Positions 1-9,724 of a stretch of 64,000 nt of DNA are shown piece after piece (position 1 is the stretch's first letter; every line of letters begins with the position of its first letter). The position numbers were made by a program, and so were the translations under genes. The DNA comes from Candidatus Hydrogenedentota bacterium. Lineage in GTDB: Bacteria; Hydrogenedentota; Hydrogenedentia; Hydrogenedentales; SLHB01. Under the pieces are notes generated by a model. That model searched no databases and had not been told where the DNA came from. It saw only the letters and a list, made by a program, of their open reading frames with translations. The DNA lies in NCBI GenBank assembly GCA_963745075.1, contig CAVUWV010000036.1:224001-288000 (forward strand), read 5' to 3'.

Positions 1-269
1 TTCAACGAACGCAATTCAAGACAATACCGGCCCGGGGTGTACGCGATCGTCACCTGCGCGAAATCGGGTAGGCCCGAGAACGGACAGACCGACGTGAATT
101 CGTCGGTCGTGGTCACGATTTCCATGGGTTCGCCGACGGGCTTGTCCGCGTACGCGTACTCGAAGCACTCCAGGCAACCCGCGTCGATAGCTTCGGGTCC
201 TTTGAACGGGAGGGTCTTGTCATGGGCCTCGAACCGATCCCGGACCGGGTTCGCGGGTTTGTCAGGCAT
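1..269 (-). CDS. queF: NADPH-dependent preQ0 reductase QueF (unimodular), 3' end outside window
   Basis: Manual translation from ATG 269: MPDKPANP...TDEFTSVCPFSGLPDFAQVTIAYTPGRYCLELRSL, with catalytic Cys/Asp and the QueF motif; GAGGAAGGA RBS; downstream of queD/queE. Confidence 0.93.
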   Translation of the reverse strand, partial: MPDKPANPVRDRFEAHDKTLPFKGPEAIDAGCLECFEYAYADKPVGEPMEIVTTTDEFTSVCPFSGLPDFAQVTIAYTPGRYCLELRSL

Positions 270-287
270 CAACGAATTCCTTCCTCG

Positions 288-986
288 TCATTGGCCCCGG
301 TAAAGGCACCGGGCCGTGCAGGTTTCCGCCACCACCACTACGGACAGGTCAGGTACGTTCGGCTGCAATTGGTTCCAGATGAATCGGGCCACGTGCTCCG
401 ACGTGGGGTTGGACAGGTCCTCGATCTCGTTCAGACACCGATGATCGAGTTGGTGATATACGTCGGGCAAACGGTCGCTTAGATGCATGGTTTCCGCCGC
501 ACCCACTTCCGCAGAAAAGCTGTGGCCGTGCATGCGCCGGCACTTGTGGGTTTCCGGCAGGTTCGGCAACGCGTGCGCCGCCTCGAACCCGAATCGAATG
601 CGCGGTGGAAGGCTGTACGTCTTCTCCGCCGCCACCGGCACCGCGTGGTACACACATTTCCCGATGATGCACACGTGTACGTCCGTCTTCGCCGTTGTCT
701 CAAGGTCCAACCGCGCAGCGATCCAGTCCCGAACGCCGCGGACTGACGTATCGTGCAGTCCCTCCACATCATCCAAATCGACGTGGTCCAACTGGCGGTA
801 CAACGGCTCAAACTGCCGCGTAATATCGCCATAGTCAATAAGCCATCCGAGGTTCGGATCGCATTCGCCGGAAACGTGTATGTCCACGTGGTAGCTGTGT
901 CCGTGCAATCGGGGGTTGCCCCCCTCCGCCGGCCTCGTACGGTGAGCCGCTTCGAATTGATACGATTTAATGAGATCGACCTTCAC
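288..986 (-). CDS. queD: 6-carboxytetrahydropterin synthase QueD, tandem two-domain form
   Basis: Two FEAAH...HGHS units; C-terminal copy has CRRMHGHSF, NPTSE and AET; located between queE and queF. Confidence 0.88.
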   Translation of the reverse strand: MKVDLIKSYQFEAAHRTRPAEGGNPRLHGHSYHVDIHVSGECDPNLGWLIDYGDITRQFEPLYRQLDHVDLDDVEGLHDTSVRGVRDWIAARLDLETTAKTDVHVCIIGKCVYHAVPVAAEKTYSLPPRIRFGFEAAHALPNLPETHKCRRMHGHSFSAEVGAAETMHLSDRLPDVYHQLDHRCLNEIEDLSNPTSEHVARFIWNQLQPNVPDLSVVVVAETCTARCLYRGQ

Positions 987-1745
987 CTACACTCCCTTCC
1001 GATCCGGCGGCCAGATAAACTTGTGCATCTGAAGCTGGAACCGGACGTCGAGCCCGTCTTCGAGAATCCATTCCACGAGTTCCTGCGGATCGACCGAACC
1101 AAGCACCGGCGAAAACAGCACCGCGTGGCAGCGTGACGGCAAATTGTGATCGCGGACTACCTCCCGGCTCCACTCGTAATCCTTCCGGCCGGCAATAACG
1201 AATTTCACCTCGTCCCGCGGCGAGAGCCGGTCCAGATTCGACCAGTCATTTTTGTCGCACTCGCCGCTGTCCGGACATTTGAGATCCATAATTCTTATCG
1301 CGTCCGCAGGTAACCGGTCGATGGGCAGCGCGCCGCTTGTCTCGCACAAGACCGTCATGCCGCGATCGAGCAAGCACTGCGCGAGCGTGGCGCACGCCTT
1401 CTGTAGCAAGGGCTCCCCGCCGGTAATCTCGACCAGAGGACAGGCAAGCTCGAGACACCGATCGACGATCTCGCCGACTGTCATCTTCGCACCGCCGTGA
1501 AATGCGTATTCCGTGTCGCACCAGACGCACCGGAGAGGGCACCCCGTTAACCGCACGAAGATGCACGGCAACCCCGCCCAGGTCGATTCGCCCTGCACGG
1601 ATTTGTAGATCTCCGTGACGGTCAGCGTGGCGCTGAGCCGAGGTTCGTCGTTGTCAACGATGTCTTTCGTAAGTTCGGTGTTCTCTATGGATTGCACGCC
1701 ATACTCCGATCCGGAAATATATGTCCCCGCAATGCGTATCCCCAT
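987..1745 (-). CDS. queE: 7-carboxy-7-deazaguanine synthase QueE (radical SAM); start uncertain
   Basis: EIYKSVQGE, RLTGCPLRCVWCDT (CxxxCxxC), ITGGEPLLQ, QLQMHK. Confidence 0.93.
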   Translation of the reverse strand: MGIRIAGTYISGSEYGVQSIENTELTKDIVDNDEPRLSATLTVTEIYKSVQGESTWAGLPCIFVRLTGCPLRCVWCDTEYAFHGGAKMTVGEIVDRCLELACPLVEITGGEPLLQKACATLAQCLLDRGMTVLCETSGALPIDRLPADAIRIMDLKCPDSGECDKNDWSNLDRLSPRDEVKFVIAGRKDYEWSREVVRDHNLPSRCHAVLFSPVLGSVDPQELVEWILEDGLDVRFQLQMHKFIWPPDRKGV

Positions 1746-1808
1746 AATCGTTGATCATAGCACGAAAATGGCATGGCACGCGCATCCGAGCCCAGAGAAA
1801 AAAGCGGA

Positions 1809-2108
1809 TTAGCGTTGAATTCGCGGATGCCAGTATTCGGGCAAACGAGAGTGATGCGCCAGCGCGAAAATGACGATTTCGTCGTCATTCGGACGATAAA
1901 CGAGCGCAAACGGAAAGTCTTTAACGAATACTCGCCGAGTGTCTTTTGAAACCGGCGAGCCGGTAAGAGGGAAAGCGACAGCCCGAGCGGTAGCCTCTTC
2001 AACAGCCGCAGCGAAACGAGCGCCAAGTCCAGGCTCCTTGCCGTTGTAATAAACAACCGCTGCAAGAAACTCTCGCCGTGCCGGCGCAATGAAACGTGCG
2101 CGCTTCAC
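1809..2108 (-). CDS. RelE/ParE-family toxin
   Basis: 99 aa, YY..EPGLG.RF, RRVFVKDFPFALVY, FALAHHSRLPEYW; GTG overlaps the antitoxin stop. Confidence 0.88.
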   Translation of the reverse strand: MKRARFIAPARREFLAAVVYYNGKEPGLGARFAAAVEEATARAVAFPLTGSPVSKDTRRVFVKDFPFALVYRPNDDEIVIFALAHHSRLPEYWHPRIQR

Positions 2109-2332
2109 CGCGACAGGCGACGGGCGTCAGCGAACACATCCTCGGCCGGATACGAAGGAATCTCCCCGCGATCGAAAGCGGCAACCCGACGTTCGATCTC
2201 TTCCGCCCATGCGGCCTCCACTGCGGAAACAGGTGTATGCAGCGACTCCAGCATCGATTCCGCCAATTTCGCCCGCTCCTCGGCCTTCAGCGATCGAGCC
2301 TGCTCTTCAATCTGCTTCAACGAAGTTGACAT
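2105..2332 (-). CDS. Addiction-module antitoxin (TIGR02574-like)
   Basis: 75 aa, ERAKLAESMLESL...AWAEEIERR; AAGGAGG RBS; directly upstream of the ParE toxin. Confidence 0.85.
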   Translation of the reverse strand: MSTSLKQIEEQARSLKAEERAKLAESMLESLHTPVSAVEAAWAEEIERRVAAFDRGEIPSYPAEDVFADARRLSR

Positions 2333-2491
2333 TCTACACCTCCTTACCACCCGCAGAGCCACGAACTCGCTTCAGTTGAATGGCTCAGTATAACACGGAG
2401 CCGCCTGACTTGCACGTGCCCAAAAGAGGTTCTTCGCGAGCAAATCCGCGCTTTCGAACTGTCACGCCTGAGATGGCTTCCCCGCGCCAAC

Positions 2492-4915
2492 TCAATATTC
2501 CACCGATCCGTCTTTCATATCCACCGTCACCGGCCAGTCGGGGTATTCTTTCGCACCGGGTTGGGACGGATCGACCCATCGAGGCCAGCATTCGATGCGG
2601 ACGGTTTGATTGGGTTTGTTGAGGCGGACGATGCCGTAGCCGGTGGCGCGGTCGTAGAGGTCGGACGGCTCGACGCCGGATTTGAGCGGATTTGCCGCGG
2701 CCAGGATGGTCATGTAGTTACCGAAGGCGTCGTGGTACTCGCCGGTGTAGGGCGGGCGGTTCGGGTCCCGGTTCTGGCCTTCGACGGGCGGATACCAGCG
2801 CCGCGGCCAGGTGTTGCCAATGGCCGGCACACAGAAGGCGAAGCCCGCGTCGTTCCACGTGTCCACTCCGTAATGCACGACGATGCCGAGGTGCTGGTCT
2901 CCGGAAATGTGAAAGGCGTTAGCATCGGCCAACGCCCGTACGGCGGCGTTCCGGCCCGACTGGGGCCAGCCGTTTGAGTCGGCGTCGGCGATGAATTTGT
3001 AGTCGTCGTTCAACACATCATGCGGTACCGGCGGCAGGCCCGGCGTGCCTTTGTCGGAATCGAAGTCCTGTGGCAAGGTGGATACGTCATTGAACACGGT
3101 CTGCGATAGCGCGACTTTCATGGCGACGCCTGCGTCCTGTTCCTTCGCCCAGTCGCGCAGGAATTTCAGTTGCGCGTCGCCCAACAGTTTCGCGCCGGGC
3201 ACGTCCGCTTGCGTGGCGGGATCAAAATCCGGATTGTGGAAGAACCCGTTGACCACGTTGCCCTCCGGAATCATATCCGTCGGCGACGATTTGAATTTGC
3301 GATCTTCGATGATTGCGAAGCTGATACCGCCGTACACAAGTTCCGTGTAGTAGACGGTAATCCCCTCGCCGACCGTTCCCGGATTCACCGGATCGGGCAA
3401 GTGACTGGTTTGCGTGCGCTGCACCATATTCACAAAACGGGCCGGCATGGTGTAGCCGCCGGCATCCTGCGTCTCTGCATGACGTCCTCCCGCGCCCCAG
3501 ATGTTGCCGTGGTACACGTCGTGATCGTCGGGCATCGCGACGGCGGGCACGTCGCGGGCCATGTCTCCGAAAACCCAGCACCACCGGTACCACTTGTCCA
3601 AGTAGTCGAGGATAGCCTTATCGATGGGATTCCGCTGCGCGCCCGTGTAATCGCCCTCGTAAATCTGGTCACCGGAGAAGAAGAGAAAATCCGGCTTCTG
3701 GTACTTCACCGCCGCGACGAGTTCGTTATGCGGAAACCAGATGGCGCTGCTGTTGAAGGCCATGGGCGTGCCGGTGTAAATCTTGTTACCGGTAAACGCG
3801 GCAACGGTCAAGGTGTCGCGGTCGACGGGGTCTTTCCGGATTACGCCTTCCCACGTGCAGACCTTCGGCGCTTCGCCGCTACCGCGAAGGTCGTAGACAA
3901 CGCGATAGGGTACGTCGCGCGACGCGTCCCAGCGCTCGACCCGGAACGGCGCGGTGTAGCTGTCTTCCACGATGCGCGTTTCATCTGCAACGGTCCAGTT
4001 GCCATCCGCGTCCATGATCTCCAATCGCGCCGTCTGCGTGTCGTCGGCGCCAAGCGGCGGGAATTGCGCGGTCAGTTTGAGCGTGCCGCGGCTGAGCGTG
4101 TGCAACGCCGCGAAGATGGGCCCGTTGGCGCGTTCCGGATAGGAGACAATCGCGGATCCTTCACTTGCCCAATCGTCGAACCAGTACCCCGTACCGTGGT
4201 GCGAGGTCAGCGCCAGGCTACCGCTGACGAGTTCCGGATCGGTTCCCGGAAGTCTCACGTGACTCAGGAAGTCACCGGTCTCCGCATCCGTCGCGGTAAG
4301 TGTCAGAAAGTACCTGTCGTCACGCCGCTCCCCCGTCAGTTGCAACCAAACCGGCCGCTCCCACGCCTCCGAGAACCCGTTGCCGGCGTGGACGGTCGTC
4401 TGAAGTAGTGGACGTCCCTCCGTCGTGTTATCGCGGAAGAATACTTGTCCCGTGCCATCAATCGCGGCGATCAATCCACCGTCTTCGCCGGTCCATTGGT
4501 GGGTTAACGCCGTAAGCCGGTAGTCCACATCCGGTCCGCCTGCACCGATGAGAAAGCCGGCCCACGTATCGGCGGACCGCGCGCCGCCGGGCCTGAGGGG
4601 CGCGATTACCACGCTGGTCAAAAACTGGCCCTGATCTCCGGTCAATGACTCCGTCAACCGATGCGCGACCCGCAACGGCTTGTTCTGCGCCGACTCGACA
4701 CATTCCAGGCGCTCGTCCTGCACGCGCCAGTCCTGCAATCGATTCGCCCAGAATTCCGGCCCGATCCATGTCCGGTTCGGCACACCGGACCAATCCGCCG
4801 TAAACCCGCCGGCGTAGACGGCTCCGGGCCAAACCACGAAACACATGAAGACGACGAAGAGTAGCATCACATTATTGAATCGTACAGTCCCTAACACGTC
4901 GATCATTCTCCCCAA
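2492..4915 (-). CDS. Secreted PhoD-like (alkaline phosphatase D family) metallophosphoesterase; start uncertain
   Basis: Signal peptide; GDQIYE, PDDHDV and SGDQH motifs. Confidence 0.78.
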   Translation of the reverse strand: MGRMIDVLGTVRFNNVMLLFVVFMCFVVWPGAVYAGGFTADWSGVPNRTWIGPEFWANRLQDWRVQDERLECVESAQNKPLRVAHRLTESLTGDQGQFLTSVVIAPLRPGGARSADTWAGFLIGAGGPDVDYRLTALTHQWTGEDGGLIAAIDGTGQVFFRDNTTEGRPLLQTTVHAGNGFSEAWERPVWLQLTGERRDDRYFLTLTATDAETGDFLSHVRLPGTDPELVSGSLALTSHHGTGYWFDDWASEGSAIVSYPERANGPIFAALHTLSRGTLKLTAQFPPLGADDTQTARLEIMDADGNWTVADETRIVEDSYTAPFRVERWDASRDVPYRVVYDLRGSGEAPKVCTWEGVIRKDPVDRDTLTVAAFTGNKIYTGTPMAFNSSAIWFPHNELVAAVKYQKPDFLFFSGDQIYEGDYTGAQRNPIDKAILDYLDKWYRWCWVFGDMARDVPAVAMPDDHDVYHGNIWGAGGRHAETQDAGGYTMPARFVNMVQRTQTSHLPDPVNPGTVGEGITVYYTELVYGGISFAIIEDRKFKSSPTDMIPEGNVVNGFFHNPDFDPATQADVPGAKLLGDAQLKFLRDWAKEQDAGVAMKVALSQTVFNDVSTLPQDFDSDKGTPGLPPVPHDVLNDDYKFIADADSNGWPQSGRNAAVRALADANAFHISGDQHLGIVVHYGVDTWNDAGFAFCVPAIGNTWPRRWYPPVEGQNRDPNRPPYTGEYHDAFGNYMTILAAANPLKSGVEPSDLYDRATGYGIVRLNKPNQTVRIECWPRWVDPSQPGAKEYPDWPVTVDMKDGSVEY

Positions 4916-4960
4916 GAATCTAAACGAATCGTTTTACCTTGCATGTGAAAAGTAGTTCGA

Positions 4961-5773
4961 CTAACCGGCAAGTCGCGGATACGCGCCGCGGATGCTTCCC
5001 GCGTGGAATGTAATCCCATTTGCTGCGACTAACGCTCTCAGGTCGTTGGGCTCGACGGTGCATAGCGCCCCCTCCCGGTCGAGGACGCACGTACCCGAAC
5101 GGTCCGACGGCAAAACGGAAACAACGTCAAGCGCCTGCGCCAGCATCTCCTGCCACTTTCGCGCCAGAATCGTCGCGTCGGGAGCGGTGTCGGCAAACTC
5201 GAGTTCGTCCAATTCGGTCTGCGTGTAACGCGATGACCGTCCGGCTCCCTCCAGGATGCTTGCCGGCCCGAAAGCCGGATCCTTGCCGCAAGCCGCCCAC
5301 ACCAGATACCCCAGTGGCTGGATACGGTCATGGCACGTCATCACGTCGATCCAGTCTCGCGCCTCGAGCCGGCCCACCAGGGCCAAGACCTTATTCGTCG
5401 CCAAATCGAACGGGTGCAATGTCAGTCCGAGCTGCTCGTGCGTAACCAAGGGGAAGAAGCGGAATGCACTGTCCCGCGCCCATTGCACCAAAACCCTTTC
5501 GGAACCTTTGACGACCTCCGCCTCGACGTACCCGGTGCGTTCTCGCACCAGACGAACCTGGTAATCGTTTTGTTCGAGCAACGTGCGATCGGCGTCCCAG
5601 GTCTTCTCCAGCGCTTCTTCCGTATCGTGAAACAGGTCGATATCCCGCGAAATCCGGGTACCTCCCGTCAAGAGGTTCAGCGCCACGCCGCCTGCAACGT
5701 AGCTTTCACCCTGCTCGATGCGGTTGCGGGCTATGAGACCGCAGACGGATTGTTGGAATTCGGTGAGAGACAT
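4961..5773 (-). CDS. AbiEii-like nucleotidyltransferase
   Basis: YVAGGVAL...RISRDIDLF; DLATNKVLAL.GR.EARDWID. Confidence 0.75.
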   Translation of the reverse strand: MSLTEFQQSVCGLIARNRIEQGESYVAGGVALNLLTGGTRISRDIDLFHDTEEALEKTWDADRTLLEQNDYQVRLVRERTGYVEAEVVKGSERVLVQWARDSAFRFFPLVTHEQLGLTLHPFDLATNKVLALVGRLEARDWIDVMTCHDRIQPLGYLVWAACGKDPAFGPASILEGAGRSSRYTQTELDELEFADTAPDATILARKWQEMLAQALDVVSVLPSDRSGTCVLDREGALCTVEPNDLRALVAANGITFHAGSIRGAYPRLAG

Positions 5774-5961
5774 TGCACCAATTCACCCGCTTTGGAAAAG
5801 GCTTCCCGATCGCCGTGTCGCTGGATGTTCTTCAGGACGCGCAGGGCGTCTTCAACCGTTTCAGGATAATAGTCTTCGCGAAGAAACCAGAGGCATCGAA
5901 CCCGATAGGCGTCCACGAGCTCGTTGATACGGGTTGACATATCGTTGGAGAATTTAGCCAT
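5731..5961 (-). CDS. Small protein, probable partner/antitoxin of the nucleotidyltransferase
   Basis: 76 aa (YRVRCLWFLREDYYP...IQRHGDREAF), overlaps the NTase start. Confidence 0.62.
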   Translation of the reverse strand: MAKFSNDMSTRINELVDAYRVRCLWFLREDYYPETVEDALRVLKNIQRHGDREAFSKAGELVQCLSPNSNNPSAVS

Positions 5962-6003
5962 GACGGGATCATGCTAACACGGACCAGCGCGGGCCTCAAA
6001 CGT

Positions 6004-6777
6004 TTACGGCCGTTCCAAACCACCCTTCGCCAATCGCTCGATATTCCACAGTTTCGCGTACTTCGTGAACACCGAGAAGGCCGCCAACCCGCACAACACC
6101 GCGCCGTGATAGCCATCGAGCAATCCACGGCGAAGGAGGTACATCTTAATGAAGCGTGAAACCGGCCGAAGCGTCAAATCGACCAACGAGGTCCGTTTGC
6201 CCTTGTCGAAGAGATCCTGCGCCGACCACGTCGTGAAGCGCTGAAACGTGCGAAAATACTCCTCAAAATTCCGCTTGTCGTCGTGATACATGACCTCGTT
6301 GATGCAGCCCATGGCGCCGTCCACGTCGATGGTGGCGTGCACGCGCTGCTCCCGGTAGCGGCCTTTCTTCGCGCGAAACAGCCGCACGTTGTAGTCGTGG
6401 TCCCAACCGCAGTGTTCGATCAACTTCCCGAAGAAGTACGACATCCGTTTGATGCGATACCCGTCGTACCGCTCCGAATTCTGAATGACCTCTTTGATCC
6501 GGTCCGCCAGTTCCGGCGATACCCATTCGTCCGCATCCAGCACCAGGGCCCATTCGGTTTCAATCTGTGGGATGGCCCAATTGCACTGGTCCGCCTTGTT
6601 CACGTATTCGTGCGTGACCACGTGCGACGAATACCGGCGCGCGACCTTGTCTGACCCGTCCGACGTGTTGGGGTCGACGACGCAGAAGATGTCGTCGGCC
6701 CATTCCACACTTTTCAAACAGCGCTCAAGGCGGTCGCCCGCATCCGGTATCAGGATCAAGACAGTCAATGAACTCAT
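6004..6777 (-). CDS. Glycosyltransferase family 2 (WaaE/KdtX-like)
   Basis: RCLKSVEWADDI, WALVLDADE, RVH, GLLDGYHG, KYAKLW. Confidence 0.88.
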   Translation of the reverse strand: MSSLTVLILIPDAGDRLERCLKSVEWADDIFCVVDPNTSDGSDKVARRYSSHVVTHEYVNKADQCNWAIPQIETEWALVLDADEWVSPELADRIKEVIQNSERYDGYRIKRMSYFFGKLIEHCGWDHDYNVRLFRAKKGRYREQRVHATIDVDGAMGCINEVMYHDDKRNFEEYFRTFQRFTTWSAQDLFDKGKRTSLVDLTLRPVSRFIKMYLLRRGLLDGYHGAVLCGLAAFSVFTKYAKLWNIERLAKGGLERP

Positions 6778-6903
6778 GGGGACAAATGAGGCTCCTTTCC
6801 ACGAAGGACAGCATGGGCCAAGAAAGGGCAATCAATCAACCGCATCCACCAACGTCTGGAGTGAACCTGGCCGGCAAATCCAACGTCGAGGTCTCGGCAT
6901 CGG

Positions 6904-8232
6904 CTAGAAGCCCAACGAGATATAGTCTTTGGGAAGGCGTGTTACCTCGAAGAGATTTGCGATGAGTTCGTTCCGTTCGCCCGAGCGGTGCGGGTTGTAG
7001 AACTCCCACACGACGCGACCCTCGGAGGTCACCTCAAACGCTCGTCCGTTATTTGTTTCCGTGATTAGCGTGTTTCCGTTTGGAAGGCGTTGGGCTGCGC
7101 TGCAAAATTCACTGTAGAAGGGGGCTTTCTCCGTACCTTGGTACGTCCACGTAATCTGCTGGGTCAATGGGTCGATTTCCACAACACGCGATGCCCCGCC
7201 AAGGCTTTGGTTGTCGAAGACGAGCAGATTTCCATTCTCAAGTGGGACCGGCTGGTGCTGTTTGGACCAAAGGCCCGTGAGTGCCCACACAACCCGGCGC
7301 TTTTCAACGTCGATGATCGCAATTGTGTTCAGTCTCCAGACGGAGACCAGGACATTGCCGGCCTTCAGGAATGGAGCCCGGTCCGCGTGGCGTCCGTCCA
7401 ACACACGTACTGTGTTGGTGTGAAAGACATCGCCGCCATGAGGCATGAAATCCAACAAGGAGGCGTAGTCCGAGTGTTCGAAACACTCCAATAGCGAAAT
7501 CTTCTCTTGCACCAAACCGTCGGCGCTGAGGTAGACGAAGAAATCCTCGGCAATGGGTTCTCGACTATTCCAGCGGGGAATGACATGAACTTTGCGGCTG
7601 AGGGTGGCAATTCGTCCATCGGGCAATATCTGTATGTCGTGGTGAAACCCGCCCTTGTTCGCCCAGAGCAGATTCGAGTCCTTATCCAGTTTGATCATGG
7701 CGATGCCGTCGAAGATCGCGATCACGTCGCCATTGGGCAGGAGCCGCGCTCGGCGCCAGTGGGATTCGCCGACGGGCGGGAGGACTTTTGGAGGCGAATA
7801 GTCGGGCCAGAAATCACGGAAGTCGTAGTGCCACGTGTGCAACACCCGCCCCCGCATGTCCATTAGAGTCGCCTCGGAATCGTGCCCGGACACGTAGAAA
7901 TTCAATCCATCCCAAGCCGCCTCGGCATCAAATACGGTGACATCCGAGACCGCCGGCGCCGGATTCACCCCCCCTGCATAGCCGAGGGCATCGAGAGCGG
8001 CCGCGTCTTCGGGCGCGACGCGCCCAGTCGCGGGCGGTGCATCGCGGGCCATGGACCATTGTGCGGAGAGAGCCGGACGCGGAGCGGGAGCATGCGCGGT
8101 ACCGGTCACATTCCGCAACCAATCCCGCGCCTCAAGGGGGATCCACTCGTTTCTATGCGTCAGGTATCCAATCGCAAAGGAGAAAAGGAGTGCAAGACCC
8201 GTAAACGCTGCAATGAGGGTTCGCCGCATCAA
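6904..8232 (-). CDS. Arylsulfotransferase-family beta-propeller protein, N-terminally anchored
   Basis: FHHD, DVFHTN, QHQP...LVFDN, AQRLPNGNTLITE; ALGY motif. Confidence 0.78.
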   Translation of the reverse strand: MMRRTLIAAFTGLALLFSFAIGYLTHRNEWIPLEARDWLRNVTGTAHAPAPRPALSAQWSMARDAPPATGRVAPEDAAALDALGYAGGVNPAPAVSDVTVFDAEAAWDGLNFYVSGHDSEATLMDMRGRVLHTWHYDFRDFWPDYSPPKVLPPVGESHWRRARLLPNGDVIAIFDGIAMIKLDKDSNLLWANKGGFHHDIQILPDGRIATLSRKVHVIPRWNSREPIAEDFFVYLSADGLVQEKISLLECFEHSDYASLLDFMPHGGDVFHTNTVRVLDGRHADRAPFLKAGNVLVSVWRLNTIAIIDVEKRRVVWALTGLWSKQHQPVPLENGNLLVFDNQSLGGASRVVEIDPLTQQITWTYQGTEKAPFYSEFCSAAQRLPNGNTLITETNNGRAFEVTSEGRVVWEFYNPHRSGERNELIANLFEVTRLPKDYISLGF

Positions 8233-8374
8233 GTAGTTGTCCTTCCCGAAGTTCCGATTTCTGAACCCGCCGACAAACCCTTCCCGGCGGCGAGCACTCT
8301 ATTCTAGTCACAGCGACGACCCATTCTGAAGCGAATCGAGAAGAGTATTCGCGGCGTTGAGTTGATGTCCTCGA

Positions 8375-9091
8375 CTATGCGCGAAGCCCGAGCATGGGCA
8401 ATAATTCCCCGAGACAATGGATATACCGGCCCGATTCAACCGGATAATCGGCACGCGTGCCATCGTGATCGATCAGGATCGCCTCCAGTCCCGCCGTACG
8501 TGCGCCGGTGTAGTCATTCTCCAGCGTATCCCCCACAAACACGGCACATTCGGGCATGCAGGCCGCCCGTGCAAGCGCTTCGCCGAAAATCGCGGGGTCC
8601 GGTTTGTGAGCGCCGACTTCCTCTGACACCAACGCGAAATCTACAAGTCCGTCCAGCCTGTGACGATCGATCTTCATCCGCTGGATGCAACTGAACCCGT
8701 TCGTCACGATGCCCAGGCGATATCCTTCACGACGGAGCCGGGTCAACACGGGAACGGTATCCGGCAAAATCTGCGTCGATGCGAGGATGCGCGCATCGGT
8801 GTGCTCCAAAAGACGCGGCGCCAGCGCGGGGTCTGCGTCCAGTACACGAAGCGTATTGATGAACGTGTATCGTCGCGCCACGTCGCCGGGCAACGCCCCG
8901 TCCACCATCATGCACCACATATCCACCGCCTTGTCCCAGAGCGTGGCCCAGTATTCGTCAAAAGACAGGGGATCTAACGCCTCGGAAAACGCGTCGTACG
9001 TCTCGCGCGCAACGTCTTCGAACGTCCGCGTGTTATGAATCAGCGTTTCGTCCATGTCAAACAGGACGGCTTGAATGCCATTAAACGTCAC
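8375..9091 (-). CDS. HAD-superfamily hydrolase (YjjG-like)
   Basis: LFDMDETL, VTNG, KPDPAIF, VGDTLEND; GTG start just after the upstream gene's stop. Confidence 0.88.
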   Translation of the reverse strand: MTFNGIQAVLFDMDETLIHNTRTFEDVARETYDAFSEALDPLSFDEYWATLWDKAVDMWCMMVDGALPGDVARRYTFINTLRVLDADPALAPRLLEHTDARILASTQILPDTVPVLTRLRREGYRLGIVTNGFSCIQRMKIDRHRLDGLVDFALVSEEVGAHKPDPAIFGEALARAACMPECAVFVGDTLENDYTGARTAGLEAILIDHDGTRADYPVESGRYIHCLGELLPMLGLRA

Positions 9092-9093
9092 GC

Positions 9094-9690
9094 TCAATCG
9101 GATCCCTTCGATTTCCTGTCCGCTTTGGCGAGATGCGCCCTGTAGATCGTCGGGTAGTCCGTCCGCACCCACCCCGAAAAGGGTTTGTCGCTGCCTTCGT
9201 ATAGGTCCAGCAGAGTGCCGATGGGCGCGCCCGCAAAGTAAATGCCGAACTGTTGGCGCGCGATCTTCACGTCGGCCCCTTTGTAGAGTTCGTAGCACGC
9301 CGACGCCACGCCCGCCCGGTGAATGCCCGCCTGACAGTGCACCAGGATCGGTTTCTCCGCGGTTTCGTACCAGTCGAGAAGTCGCTGGAGCGATTCCGGC
9401 TCCGGGATGTGCCGCATGGACCATGGCAGGTCGTAGTGTGCCACACCAAGCTCAGCGCATTTGGCGACCTCGTTGCGGTGCCATGCTTCGTCTTCGTTGA
9501 CGCCCCGCAGACTGATCACGGTCTTGATGCCATGCTTTTGGATTGCGTACTCCAGCCGCTCGGGCGACATCTGCGCGGACCGCCAGAGTTCATCCCGTTC
9601 CACCGGGCGCAGGTTGTCGTTGAACAACGTGCATCCCGCCGTAAGGAGCAGTGCGACGATGATCGGGATTCCATAGTTGTTGTGTGGCAT
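9094..9690 (-). CDS. Cys-dependent protein-tyrosine/dual-specificity phosphatase-like lipoprotein
   Basis: Lipobox LTAGC; RSAQ, ISLRG, HCQAGIHRAG (CX5R). Confidence 0.82.
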   Translation of the reverse strand: MPHNNYGIPIIVALLLTAGCTLFNDNLRPVERDELWRSAQMSPERLEYAIQKHGIKTVISLRGVNEDEAWHRNEVAKCAELGVAHYDLPWSMRHIPEPESLQRLLDWYETAEKPILVHCQAGIHRAGVASACYELYKGADVKIARQQFGIYFAGAPIGTLLDLYEGSDKPFSGWVRTDYPTIYRAHLAKADRKSKGSD

Positions 9691-9724
9691 GGCCTTAACG
9701 GTCTTGCATGCTATACTGTGCGGC

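Noticed and set aside
1..1745. 7-deazaguanine DNA-modification (dpd) system
   Set aside because: queF points to tRNA queuosine; no dpdA or other dpd genes in the window
1746..1808. preQ1 riboswitch before queE
   Set aside because: No recognisable preQ1 stem-loop or A-rich tail on the minus strand; the gap is short
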